This document shows, in pieces, positions 1-12,556 of a stretch of 64,000 bases of DNA. The notes beneath the pieces are model-generated. The model saw nothing but the letters and a program-made list of their open reading frames with translations. It was not told the DNA's origin and made no database searches. Source of the DNA: Octopus vulgaris (lineage: Eukaryota); contig OX597818.1 in NCBI GenBank assembly GCA_951406725.2, forward strand, positions 36,890,001-36,954,000. The letters run 5' to 3'. The number at the start of each line of letters is the position of its first letter. The stretch's first letter is position 1. The position numbers were made by a program, and so were the translations under genes.

Positions 1-479
1 CAACAAAAGTGTTCAATAACTAATTAAGAATAAATTAGACCGATGACCAAAGTCCATTATAGGGGAAAAAAGTGAGAACTCAAAATACACTAATACATAC
101 ATATACAGATGTACACACACACACACACATACATACATACATATATGCATAGACACACATATATATGATAAACACATAATATGCATATCACACACACACA
201 CATATATGCCCACGCGGCGCGAGCGCACACACAGACACATACACACACGTGTTTGTATGTATGCCTGGACAACTGCGCTATAAAATTCATCTTGCACTTT
301 CATGCAGAGGTCCAAATGGATATTCACAATTGGCAGTGGATATCAAGCAGGGATAGTATTGCTGATTGCCACTCAGTTACTTCTGTTTGTGCGTAAGTGC
401 GTCTGTACATAAACGCACACACGCACACGCACACACGCGCGTACAGAAACTCAAACATACCACGCACTAATAAATACAT

Positions 480-480
<1 letters not shown>

Positions 481-552
<72 letters not shown>

Positions 553-608
553 ATAGGTAGATACATACATACAGACAGACATATAGATAGACAGACAGAT
601 AGACAGAC

Positions 609-665
<57 letters not shown>
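481..665. repeat. (CA)n, (TA)n and (GACA/GATA)n microsatellite cluster
   Basis: Directly visible simple repeats. Confidence 0.95.
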
Positions 666-666
<1 letters not shown>

Positions 667-689
667 GCAAGCAGATAGACACATATATC

Positions 690-830
690 ACTTTTTTTAT
701 TGACCATACAGGGCTGAACACAGAGGGGACATATACAAATGTAGACCTTTTCTTTTCGAAAAGGAAAAGAAAAGAGAAAAAAGGAACAAATGTAAAATTC
801 CGATCAAAAGGGATCGGGGATAGATAGATA
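690..830 (-). mobile_element. 3' end of a non-LTR retroelement embedded in (GATA)n
   Basis: Minus strand ends TGTCCCCTCTGTGTTCAGCCCTGTATGGTCAATAAAAAAA. Homologous copy at 6996-7250. Both are flanked by GATA repeats. Confidence 0.6.
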
Positions 831-1370
831 GACACACACACACATATGTAGGGCAACTTTATATTGAGCTCTTTAAGGTTTTTCACACAAACCCATAGAG
901 AACAAAAAGCATAAAGAACATTCTTGCTGACGGAGATCATGAGTATGTTACCTATACTTTTGACAATCATGTATGTATAAGAGAGAGAGCGAGAGAGAGA
1001 GAGAGGGGGGGAGAATGAAAGAGAGGAAGAGGCTGTATGTGTGAATGGAAACATGGGAAAATATGGAAGGGCGAAGATCGTGTGAAATAAAACATATATT
1101 TCCTTCACTAAGGTGAAGGAATGTAGTGCAGTATTAGTAATATTGTAGTAAATAAAGGATTCATTCGTTCATTCGACTAAACCGGCCTCTCGAATAAAAC
1201 TGACATTTGCAGCTATCAAGCAAACCCTGGGTAGTCGCTGAGTCTACCGTTACACCGCATTCTATGGCATATTGGATAACTTTATGTGCAAATACTTTGT
1301 GTCCGAATATGAGGTGGGTTGATAACAGTTGAAATGGATTTCATTTATTTTAGGTTTGCTTAATGAGATG

Positions 1371-1688
1371 GTGGAGGCGCAATGGCCCAGTGGTTAGGGC
1401 AGCGGACTCGCGGTCGGAGGATCGCGGTTTCGATTCGTAGACCGAGCGTTGTGTGTGTTCATTGAGCGAAAACGCCTAAAAAGCTCCACGAGGCTCCAAC
1501 AGGGGGTGGTGGCAACCCCTGTTGTACTCTTTCGCCACAACTTTCTCTCACTCTCTCTTCCTTGTTTCTTGAGTAACGCTGCGATGGACTGGCGTCCCGT
1601 CTAGCTGGGGGGAACACATACGCCACAGAAACCGAGAAACCGGGCCCATGAGCCTGGCTAGGCTTGAAAAGTGTGAAGTTTATCGTTT
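1371..1688 (+). mobile_element. tRNA-derived SINE, head A + tail Y
   Basis: A-box-like TGGCCCAGTGG and B-box-like GTTTCGATTC. Homologous to 20579-20870. Confidence 0.9.
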
Positions 1689-1719
1689 AATGTGAGATGA
1701 TCTGGTATTAAATGACAAT

Positions 1720-2107
1720 GGATGGAAGCACTCCGTCGGTTACGACGACGAGGGTTCCGGTTGATCCGAATCAACGGAACAGCCTGCTCGTGAAATTAAC
1801 GTGTAAGTGGCTGAGCACTCCACAGACACGTGTACTCTTAACGTAGTTCTCGGGGATATTCAGCGTGACACAGAGAGTGACAAGGCCGGCCCTTTGAAAT
1901 ACAGGTACAACAGAAACAGGAAGTAAGAGTGAGAGAAAGTTGTGGTGAAAGAGTACAGCAGGGATCACCACCATCTCCTGCTGGAGCCTCGTGGAGCTTT
2001 AGGTGTTTTCGCTCAATAAACACTCACAACGCCCGGTCTGGGAATCGAAACCGCGATCCTATGACTGCGAGTCCGCTGCCCTAACTACTGGGCCATTGCG
2101 CCTCCAC
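1720..2107 (-). mobile_element. tRNA-derived SINE, head A + tail X, full length
   Basis: 12-bp TSD TTAAATGACAAT (1708-1719 / 2108-2119). Near-identical to 3484-3866 and 36845-37228. Confidence 0.95.
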
Positions 2108-2847
2108 TTAAATGACAATAACAACAGTGACAATCTTGTCAGTTTGTTGCACTGATATAAACATTCACTAAATTGGTATATGTTGATAAATCGGAAGAAA
2201 TGATAAAATGTTTGATTAAATTTCACCGTTACCTTTTTCTAGTAACAAGCAATAGCGTGATAAAAGAATCATTCAAATCGTGTCAGATGTGTTTATATTG
2301 GACATCACTCCTTTATGATGATATTTTCCCTTGATTAGGTTTAATACTATATTCACAAAATTTAGTAGTAGTAGCTTTATTTGGATGGTTATTTTGTTGT
2401 TGAAATTTTGGGAAATATGTGGAAGGTTTTTTCTGAATTTGTCTACTTTGTATTATGTTAAATATCTAGGCAGTTGTCTAGATATGATTGTTCTTGTTTA
2501 ATAGTTTTTTTCGTTGTTTGTTATTTACAGAGGAGGACGAGTTGAAATATCTATTCCCTATAAAGGAGTTTGAAAACACTGACATGATTTTGTAGGCTCA
2601 GGAAATTACGGTAAGTGAAGAATTTTAATAGATAAATGTAATTAATTGAACCTTGCGATTAAAATATGTCCGAACATGTTCATCAATTTCAAATGAAAGT
2701 CATGCCTACGAGAATGGGATAAAAAGTTTTCAGAAGCTGACTATGAAGGCGTGATGCTAGAGCTACGAAATCTTGCAGACATTCAACTCCTCTTATTAAC
2801 AGCTCGTAAAACTGACAAGAAACTAATAAACTCTGTATTGTTTGTTC

Positions 2848-3096
2848 CTTCTCAAGCCATGCCTGGCTCATAAGGGCCAGTTTCCCGGTTTCCTTGGCGT
2901 ATAGGTTCCCCACCTGGACGGGACGCCGGTCCGTCGCAGGTGAGCTGCTAGATGCAGGAGGAAAGAGTGAGAGAAAGTTGTGGCGAAAGAGTCAGCAGAA
3001 GTTCGCCATTAGCTTCTGCCGGAACCGCGTGGAGCTTAGGTGTTTTCGCTCATAAACACACACATCGCCCAGTCTGAGATTCGAACCCGCGATCCC
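2848..3096 (-). mobile_element. 5'-truncated SINE, diverged A + Y variant
   Basis: Shares GAGTGAGAGAAAGTTGTGG body and GAAACCGGGAAAC/GAGCCAGGC tail motifs. Confidence 0.8.
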
Positions 3097-3483
3097 AATA
3101 ATGATTTTTGGGAGTCACACCAACAACACACCACTATGATCATTTATCCTTTACTACAGCACCTGACTGATAAATGCTGTGTGAAGGAAATTAGTTGAGG
3201 GAGACTGTGAGGAAGCCTATCATGTGTATATATACATGTGTGAGAAGATTATGTGAGTGCGTACGTGTGTATTTGTACATGCATGTATACCTGTCTGTTT
3301 ATGAGTTCGCGTCTCACTTTTTTTACAGTCAGAATTTGTTAAAATCCTTTTAACTTAGGAGATTGATACAAAAGAAATTGATAGAAAATCAGGCTTAAAA
3401 ACAAATATTGGGCGCAGTTTGATGGAGTAAACTCCTCAAGGCGGTGACCCAGTATGACTGTAGTCCAAAGACTGGAGCTAGTA

Positions 3484-3866
3484 GGGAGGAAGCACTCCGT
3501 CGGTTACGACAACGAGGGTTCCGGTTGATCCAAACAACGGAACAGCCTGCTCGTGAAATTAGCGTGCAAGTGGGTGAGCACTCCACAGACACGTGTACCC
3601 TTAACGTAGTTCTCGGGGATATTCAGCGTGACACAGAGAGTAACAAGGCTGACCCTTTGAAATACAGGTGCAACAGAAACAGGAAGTAAGAGAAAGTTGT
3701 GGTGAAAGAGTACAGCAGGGATCACCACCATCCCCTGCCGGAGCCTCGTGGAGCTTTAGGTGTTTTCGCTCAATAAACACTCACAACGCCCGGTCTGGGA
3801 ATCGAAACCGCGATCCTACGACCGCGAGTCCGCTGCCCTAACCACTGGGCCATTGCGCCTCCACTT
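3484..3866 (-). mobile_element. tRNA-derived SINE, head A + tail X
   Basis: 13-bp TSD ACTGGAGCTAGTA (3471-3483 / 3867-3879). Confidence 0.95.
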
Positions 3867-4269
3867 ACTGGAGCTAGTAAGAGAATAAATAAAACAAACG
3901 CCGATATTCTGCTATCTAGTTTTAAAAATTTGTTGCTTATTTATTCCGTGTGGCATTTTGCTTCCAAAACTTGATTCCCGTTCCATGGTGTATCGCGTAT
4001 TGTTACTTTCATAGACGGTTCCACCAGCGTATTAGTTTGTTTTTTTTTTTTCTGTGAGAGCAGTTGCTAGTCCTTCGTTCAAGACTTTTCATTTCTTGAT
4101 AAAAGACGTGTGTGTGTGCGCGCGCGTTAGTGCATGCGTGGGTGTAGTACTCCACGGTCCTTCTCACACTGAACACAAACCAATTCCGAGTAAGAGGGAC
4201 AACTATCGTGTTATTAATTGCATAATATCGCTTCTCTATTTCTTGGGTCAATAACTACCAACTAACAAT

Positions 4270-4680
4270 ACTTTACTACCCACAAGGGGCTAAACACAGA
4301 GGGAACAAACAAGGACAGACAAACGGATTAAGTCGATTATCTCGACCCCAGTGCGTAACTGGTACTTAATTTACCGACACCGAAAGGATGAAAGGCAAAG
4401 TTGACCTCGGTGGAATTTGAACTCAGAACGTAACGGCAGACGAAATACCTATTTCTTTACTACCCACAAGGGGCTAAACACAGAGGGAACAAACAAGGAC
4501 AGACAAACGGATTAAGTCGATTATATAGATCGCAGTGCGTAACTGGTACTTGATTTATCAACCCCGAAAGGTGGAAAGGCAAAGTCGACCTCGGCGGAAT
4601 TTGAACTCAGAACGTAATGGCAGATGAAATGCGGCTACGCATTTCGCCCGGCGTGCTAACGTTTCTGCCAGCTCGCCGCC
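4270..4680 (-). mobile_element. SINE family C, head plus two tandem 184-bp units
   Basis: Head GGCGGCGAGCTGGCAGAAACGTTAGC, core GCCTTTCATCCTTTCGGGGTCGATAAATTAAGTACCAG, 184-bp period. Confidence 0.9.
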
Positions 4681-5419
4681 CATTTTGATGGTAATAAAAT
4701 TGTATTGATGTCCGTCTTGTTCTTCAATGAGATTTCCCCAACTATTTCTCTTCGTCGAGCATTCTCCCCCCCCCCCCCCGCCATCCCACACTCCGTGTCT
4801 TGGAGACTAGGCAGAAATCACTTTCAACAATATTCTTCGAGAATCATCAAACATCTTATCAGTTTCTCATAACACAGATTCCTGTTAATCATGCTGCTGC
4901 CATATGACCTCTTTGAAAATTTGACAAGTCTTTCGTTATTGTAATTTGAAGACAGCTTAATTTGAAAATACTGATAAAAACAATTAATTATATGAAACAT
5001 ATTAGAAACTCATACAAATAAGTTTTATTAATTATTGATGGTTGATTTTTGGCTACTTTATCCTTCAACTCCACTTGCAAAACAGATTTGTATTCCCGTT
5101 ATGCTGTCTGAAATCTGTACCTGCCTATTTATTTATCTTGTGAAATATCTACCGTTCTCTCTCTCACTCTTTCTCTCTCTACTGATCTCCTTCTTTTTCT
5201 CTCTCCCTCCTTTTCTCTCTCTTTCTCTCCCTCTTTCTCTGTACATATATATATATATATATGTATATATATGTATATGTATATATATATGTATGTATGT
5301 ATGTATTTTTTTATTCTTTTATCTGATCCAGTCATGCGGCTGCGGCGGTCATGCTGGAGCACCACTGTAGTTTTGTATAGTTACTGATAATTATCTTTCA
5401 TCTGATTTCCTCAGGCTGG

Positions 5420-5610
5420 TGGGAGGGTTCACATCACCACTTCCGTATGTGCCTCTGTCCCAGCTGTTGCCCCATTTGGTGTATGGAGGAGTTTGATTCC
5501 GCTGCCCTCGTCTGTACTTCATGACGGAACGTCGTTTTATCCGGTATTATGGGGATGAGGATGTCTAGTTCCTTTTTGAATACATCTCCGTCCAGATTAT
5601 GCAGGTGTTT
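5420..5610 (-). mobile_element. CR1/L2-group LINE ORF2 C-terminal fragment
   Basis: Translation VFKKELDILIPIIPDK...RAAESNS fits the FK..LD.FL..IPD.P C-terminal pattern. Confidence 0.7.
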
Positions 5611-5611
5611 C

Positions 5612-6081
5612 AGGGTCGATAAATTAAGTACGTTACGCACTGGGATCGATATAATCGACTTAATCCGTTTGCCTGTCCTTGTTTGTCCTCTCTGTGTTTA
5701 GCCCCTTGTGGGTAGTAAAGAAATAGGTATTTCGTCTGCCGCTACGTTCTGAGTTCAAATTCCGCCGAGTTCGACTTTGCCTTTCATCCTTTCGGGGTCG
5801 ATAAATTAAGTACCAGTTACGTACTGGGGTTGATGTAATCGACTTAATCCGTTTGTCTGTCCTTGTTTGTCCCCTCTGTGTTTAGTCCCTTGTGGGTAGT
5901 AAAGAAATAGGTATTTCGTCTGTCTTTTCGTTCTGAGTTCTAATTCCGCAGAGGTCGACTTTGCCTTTCATACTTTCGAGGTGAGGTCGATAAATTGAGT
6001 ACCAGCTGCGTACTGGAGTCGATGTAATCGACTGGCCCCCTCCCCCAAAATTTCAGGCCTTGTGCCTAGAGTAGAAAAGAT
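5612..6081 (+). mobile_element. SINE family C concatemer (three cores; last ends in tail 2)
   Basis: GGTATTTCGTC junctions at 5726 and 5910 (184 bp apart). Ends GGCCTTGTGCCTAGAGTAGAAAAG. Confidence 0.9.
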
Positions 6082-6599
6082 TAGTTTGACAATTCAGCTT
6101 CTCTTCCAGCTCTTCATTGAAAGCTTTGTCTCTTTCATAATAACTCCACAATTTTTCTTTCTTTCTAATGGACTCTCCTTCCCTTTGTTTTCTTTCTTTT
6201 TTTTTATTATCTCTTTTTCACCCCCTTCTTTTTTTCTCTGTCCCTATAGAAATCAAGCTGCAAGTTATCAGTTTCTGCAGAAGACTTGATTAATCTAGAA
6301 CTGCTGATCACAGGGGTATCCGCGTCAGCAACTGAAGTGTCACAACATTTTAATTAATTTAAAATAAAATTTTATTCAATTTAAGCGCCAAACCTAATTT
6401 TACGAATGTTACTTCAAATTGTATATACGACCAAATGCAGTCTACTCTACTTTGAACAATTAGTTACATTTGAACTGAAATCACTTCCTATTACTTCTGT
6501 GAGTATTGCGACTGTCACTGATCACGTGAAGTTATAAGTGAGATTCGAGAAACTTAGGGTTATTTCAACGCTACAATAAATAATGTATACATACGTTTA

Positions 6600-6910
6600 T
6601 TTTTTCTTTATGCCTTTAACCCTCCAAAGCGGAGTATAGGCCACTTATAGTTGAATTCCATGTCGCATAATTTTTGGCTTCTGTACTTATACTCTGCCAT
6701 GAATGTCCTATTTTCTGTAGTTCCTTTTGTGTTGATCTCCGCCACGAGTTCTTAGGCCTACCTCTCCTTCTATATCCATCCGGTTTCCACTCTAAAGCAC
6801 TTTTCGCTACATTTGGTGTCTTTTCTAATTGTGCTACCAATCCACTTCCACTTTTTCTTAAATATTTGTTCCCTAATCGAAACTTCGTTTGTTCTTTGCC
6901 ATAAGACAAA
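6600..6910 (-). mobile_element. RTE-clade LINE ORF C-terminal fragment (frameshifted)
   Basis: KWKWIGSTIRK and ALEWKPDGYRRRGRPKNSWRRSTQKEL...W...AK...W are typical RTE C-terminal motifs. Confidence 0.85.
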
Positions 6911-6923
6911 ATGAACGAAATGA

Positions 6924-6924
<1 letters not shown>

Positions 6925-6997
<73 letters not shown>

Positions 6998-7250
6998 TTC
7001 TTTACTTGCCACGCAGGGCTGAACACAGAAGGGACAAAATACAAAGTAGAGCTTTTCTTTTTGGGAAGAAGAGAAGGAAAAAAGGGGGCCAATTCCGATC
7101 AAAAGGGATCGTGAAAAATAAAATAAAAAATGGGGCCGATCAATGTAGATAGATAGATAGGATCAAAAGGGATCGTGAAAAGAAAAACAAAGGGGGCGAA
7201 TTCCGATCAAAAGAGATCGTGAAAAAGAAAAAAAAATGGGGGTGATCAAT

Positions 7251-7312
<62 letters not shown>
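6925..7312 (-). mobile_element. Retroelement 3' end with partial tandem duplications inside (GATA)n
   Basis: GATCAAAAGGGATCGTGAAAA block repeated three times. Homologous to 690-830. Confidence 0.6.
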
Positions 7313-7313
<1 letters not shown>

Positions 7314-7620
7314 TTAATAACAGTTAGATACGAAACACAAGATGCTTTAATACTGGACTGACAAAATCATTAAATGCTCAGGGACGGCTTTGTTGCTTTT
7401 TAGTTCAAATCACAACTAAGCCAACCTTCTGGATAAATAAGATATAGTACCTCTCAGGTGCTGGTATCAATAAGATCGATTTCTACCTTCTAAAAATTTT
7501 GGTGATCTTTTGCCAATTTTAGAACTCAACGGGTATGTTATTTCTGTACATTTATAAAAAGGATAACATATGCGATCGGTATTAGAACATCGTTTATCAC
7601 ACATATGTTAATACTTCTAG

Positions 7621-7937
7621 TTGAGGAAATATCAAACATATTTGATGAATGATTTCACTTGCAATACAACCACAAGATAGATTTCCCTTAATACTACAAG
7701 CTGGGATTGCGATTGTAGGGAAGATTACACCGGAGTTGTTTCTCTGTCCACATAAGGGATTGGATACCACACTGCAAGTTAAAGAGTAACTAGTTATATA
7801 TAAGGCACTTTTACCGCTTAAACAATACCGATGTATTGTTCCTCTCGTGTAGTACTTATTTACAGCTTGTTGGATCATTTCATTTCATTTGTGAATCTGC
7901 CATTTGTAAATCAAGTGACCTAAGTTACGAACACAAG
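7621..7937 (+). pseudogene. Possible decayed EGF-like + Sushi/CCP-like exon
   Basis: TTCTAG acceptor and AAG|GTAATA donor. Frames give WDCDCREDYTG and VLFLSCSTYLQLVGSFHFICESAIC, with stops and a frameshift. Confidence 0.3.
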
Positions 7938-8718
7938 GTAATACTGATGGCAGAAAACGAACTGCCGCTCCCGCAAATGGTTGTCCACCATCCGAGCCAA
8001 TTGGCCAACAACACTCTTTTAATACAAATGCATCAGATAAGAAACAAAAATTTAATTTGCTTGCTGCGTGACAGTCAGAAGCAAAACATCAGGACAACTA
8101 TTATACCACACCACACATTCCGAAGGAAATATTTGACCCAATATTGATTTCTAACAGTTGGACAGGTCTACATATTTTAGAGGAGGACATAGTCCATTGT
8201 TTCTCTAACTAGGTGGCGGCGGGGATGGGGATGGGAGTTGTGAGGATTGAAAAGGGGCGGGAAGATTGCCATATTTAGTTAAGGAAAGATGGTTCCCAAC
8301 TTTTTAAACTTGTCAAACGTTATGTTGAAGAAAAACAAATTATACGAATCTTCTCATTGACCCTTTCAACCCACGAATATGCCTTAGCGAGCGGTTCCTT
8401 GGTTTGGCCATACCCCTGTAAGATGCAAAAGCGGTTGGCCATATGGTTTGTGTTTACGACTTGCTATTAGCAGAAATATTATTATTTTCAGCTGTAAACA
8501 CAAAACAATGTAGCCGACCGTTTTTGTGTCTTCTTTGGGTAATCAAAAACGGGTTCAAAGGAGTTAATAAAGAGGGGAAAGATGCAAATATATTTCACAT
8601 ATATTGACATAATACAATGGCGTCCACTTCTGACATTTGTGTAACATTCAATGCCGAAATTAGGTACTAGTTCTCCGCTGTCACCACAGAGCCACATCGT
8701 TAGTTTGACAATTCAAAT

Positions 8719-9155
8719 GCGGCGAGCTGGCAGAAACGTTAGCACGCCGGGCGAAATGATTTGTGGTATTTCTTCTGCCGTTACGTTCTGAGTTCAAATT
8801 CCGCCGAGGTCTATTTTGCCTTTCATCCTTTCGAGGTCGATTAAATAAGTACCAGTTACGCACTGGGGGGGTCGATATAACCTACTTAATCCGTTTGTCT
8901 GTCCTTGTTTGTCCTCTCTGTGTTTAGCCCCTTGTGAGTAGTAAAGAAATAGGTATTTTGTGTCTATACGTTCTGAGTTCAAATTCCACCGAGGTCGACT
9001 TTGCCTTTCATCCTTTCGAGGTCGATTAAATAAGTACCAGTTACGCACTGGGGTCGATATAACCTACTTAATCCGTGTGTCTTTCCTTGTTTGTCCCCTC
9101 TATGTTTAGCCCCTTGTGGTCAATAGAGAAATAAGAAACGTCAGCACGCCGAACG
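8719..9155 (+). mobile_element. SINE family C, two tandem units then restart of head
   Basis: Head, two cores with tail 1, then AGAAACGTCAGCACGCCG. Confidence 0.9.
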
Positions 9156-9401
9156 AAATGCTGATGGCAGTGACGAGGTTATTCCCCATAGAGAACCGTT
9201 TATATAGACAAATTCATCTCCAGTACTTGTTCTTTATTTTTGATCGGGTATTCATTTTTCATCACTTGAAGGGTTCAAATTTTTCAAATACTAAGTTCAA
9301 ATTCCACCGTGGGGTTTGAACTCAAATTTGTAAAAAGCTGTAGCAATTTATTACAATGTGTTTTGCCGAGCGCTCTAACGATTCTACCAGTACACTTGAT
9401 T

Positions 9402-9633
9402 ACCTATTTCTTTATTACCCACAAGGGGCTAAACACAGAGGGGACAAACAAGGACAGACATAGGTATTAAGTCGATTATATCGACCCCAGTGCGTAACTG
9501 ATACTTAATTTATCGACCCCGAAAGGATGAAAGGCAAAGTCGACCTCGGCGGAATTTGAATTCACAACGTAACGCAGACGAAATACCGCTAAGCATTTCG
9601 CCCGGCGTGCTAACGTTTCTGCCAGCTCGCCGC
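9402..9633 (-). mobile_element. SINE family C monomer
   Basis: Full head + core + tail 1. Confidence 0.9.
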
Positions 9634-9887
9634 TTGATTACCGAATAGTTGGCTGATAGGAGTAAAGGGAATTGTTTTTCTTTTACACATGTAGTCAGTG
9701 TATATTTACCACTGCTGACCATTATAGCCACAAATAAAGTCATTTAGCCATGTGTATAGATGTTTTTTTCTGTGGAGTTTTCTTAACGCCTGCATATTGC
9801 TCAATAAATAACCAAGTAACTTGCTAAGGAAGTAACAACACGAAAACAAGAGAAGCAATTTTTTTCCTTTTGCTTACTAATTATTTA

Positions 9888-9891
<4 letters not shown>

Positions 9892-9971
<80 letters not shown>
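9892..9971. repeat. (GT)n microsatellite
   Basis: Directly visible. Confidence 0.95.
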
Positions 9972-9973
<2 letters not shown>

Positions 9974-10677
9974 TAAAATAAAAAAAAAAAGTTTGGGCTT
10001 CCAAGCTTCAGTAAATTTTGAGAAACCAGAATGGATACTCAATCGATCAAGCAAGCAAACGGACGTGACATAAACAGTTGCACCTAATTTTTCGGTGGTT
10101 GGACATGTTGGAGAAGAAAGAGGAGGAGGAGGAGAAGAAGAAGATATATATATGGTAGGAGTACTTATTGCAGGTTTATGTTCACAATGAACTGCGACAA
10201 TATCGCGCATGTAACGCTTTTACAACAGAATGTTTCTTTTCCTCATTTTCGTTAAACAGTTTAACCCTCGGTCAGCTCAGGACATCCCGTCTCTTTTTCA
10301 CACAATGTATCCAGGATTACTTTATCCAACATTTCCTTCCATTTTTAAGACTATTTCTAACCGGTTACACTACCAACAGAGAGGCTCCCTAGAATGTTCG
10401 CTTACTTATTTAGTACAGGTTATCTACCTAGCTCATTTCTTTTGTATGTAATTTAAAACCTGTGTGTTAGCAAGATTCTGTGATAGGAACCGACGAGATT
10501 TACAATTGTTTAATTCTGTTCAGCATTTATAACCTAACTACTTATAGACACTTTATAATAATTCTTCTTATTATAGGCACAAAGCCTGAAATTATATGGG
10601 TAGGGGCTAGCCGATTACATCGACCCAGAGCCTGCCTGCTCGCTACCCCAAGGCCTTCTATAATACACCGCTGAACA

Positions 10678-11074
10678 TCTTTATATATAAAAGTCAAGTT
10701 GTGTGTCTGTCTCCTACGATTTAGATTCCTAACTACTCCCACATTTTGCGGTGCAGTTTAACCAAAACCGGGTATCTTATAGTCGTGATTCATATCGAAC
10801 CCTTCTGGGTATTAGCGCGCGTCTACGATGAGTCTACGATTTTTTAAAAAATTTACCATCATTTTTTTCCATTTTAATGCATTTTTTTCGATATTATATA
10901 AGGGAAGTAACTCTCTAAAAATGTCTACGATGAGTCAACGATTTTAAAAAAATTTACCATCATTTTTTTTCCATTTTTAATGCATTTTTTGCTATTTTTT
11001 GGCTATAACTCTCTAAAAATGCTTATATAGTTATTTCCCTTACAAACCCGAGCAACGCCGGGCGATACTGCTAG
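10678..11074 (+). mobile_element. Non-autonomous Helitron, family 1
   Basis: A|TC 5' end, subterminal hairpin CCCG..CGGG, CTAG|T 3' end, no TSD. Confidence 0.85.
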
Positions 11075-11996
11075 TTCTATATATTTCACTTAAGTTTTAA
11101 GAACAAATGAGAAAGCTTCAAATTGATCCTCAACCTTCTAATTTAAAACCTGTGTGTTAGCAAGATTCTGTGATAGGAATCAACGAGATTTGCAATTGTT
11201 TAATTCTGTTCAGTAATGAGAGAGCTTCAACTTGATCTTCAACCTTCTAGGAATAGCAGTCAAATCTTCCTCAAATCGTACTCCACAGTCTTAAATAAAG
11301 TATGGACACATTAGATAGACATGTGACAGATATAAAAAAAAAACCTGGAAGGCCACAACTGGAATGCATTCATCATAGATCGATCGCATATTGGGTCTAT
11401 GACCAACAGTAATAACAGTTTAAGCTTCACCATCAGATTTCATTAAACAATGCATAAATCGACGATTCAGTCTGTCAGTTATCGAATGGTCAGATCAAAT
11501 GCTTAACATTTTATGATCAGAAAAATTATCAGAAAAACCCTCCATTGTATGATATGATCTATTGATGTAGCTACGGTGATGCTTATACTGGGTGAGCCGT
11601 GTTTTTGTTTTCTTTCTTCTGAGTACTTACCTACTCATAATTAGGTGCATAAGGCCATTTCAAATGTGAGGTGTCATGATGATTGACATAACATTGAGTT
11701 GGTTACAGCATCTGAGCTGTCAATTTCTTGGCTACTTGTCCGCTTTCTGTATTCTCTTGTGGTTAAATTAATGAGGAAATTAAACGGTGGTTTGCCAAAG
11801 GAATAGTGTATGGTATGCAATTGTATCACAGTCTCAACCAATAGAAGTTATCACTTGCAGAAGACACGTTTTGTTATTAGCAAACCTCTACAATTTTCTA
11901 AGAGAAGCTGACAATACGATATATTAAATACAAGTGTCATCGTCCATAATAGAAGCCCAGTAATTTTCCACTGGACGTCGAAACAACATGGGAAAA

Positions 11997-12556
11997 TCTA
12001 TTATATAAAATCCGTTCTGTTCTGTCTGTGTGTGTGTGTCTTCTAGGATCTCGGGCATCCTCCATCCGATTGCGCTCAAATTTGATACGTAGATACCGAC
12101 GATGTCAGGGTGTGTATAAGTCTTGAAAAAATTACAAAAATCGATTCCAGGTAAGAATGCGATCGATAAAGCCGTTTTTGTCCTGCTTTTCTTCCGTCAA
12201 CCTGTACATAACTGCACCTTCCATTTTTTGTTGTTTTTGTACTGCTTAAAGACACGTTTCTTTCCTGCCAAGCTTACTGCTTAAACCATGTTTGTGTTCT
12301 CCCAGTCAACAGCCTTATCATTACTGGTACTTTAAACTCTTCGGTTGCATATTTGTCTGAATAAAATCGTTTTTCTTTGGAATAGAAAAAAGTCTATCTT
12401 TATTTCTTCTTTTGCTTGTGTCTCAAATTTAGTTTGAATCAGTGTTTCTCCAAGGGGAGATCTATGGGACGGTCGGACAAGTTGTATTGAGAAAATTTGG
12501 TTTAAATGTTTGACAACTCAGCACCGTCCATTGGACGGGGGCGGGCGTTTTGCTCG
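11997..12556 (+). mobile_element. Non-autonomous Helitron-like element, family 2
   Basis: A|TCTATTATATAAAA start, GC-rich hairpin CCGTCCATTGGACGG, ends CTCG|T. Inverted homologue at 29813-30163. Confidence 0.7.

Noticed and set aside
13-1108. ORFs rich in CV/YI/HT/LSIY here and throughout (e.g. 30659-31651, 50722-51521, 53795-54367)
   Set aside because: Translations of di- and tetranucleotide microsatellites, which lack stops in several frames
1373-1450. tRNA-like sequences at SINE heads
   Set aside because: Acceptor stems are incomplete and they continue into SINE bodies with TSDs, so they are not tRNA genes
1771-2023. Recurring ORFs MVVIPAVLFHHNF / MFIERKHLKL / MLKDTTRRRES
   Set aside because: They recur only because the SINE recurs; no coding motifs
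5612-6081. CRISPR-like regular repeats
   Set aside because: 184-bp units without unique spacers, no cas genes, eukaryotic SINE context
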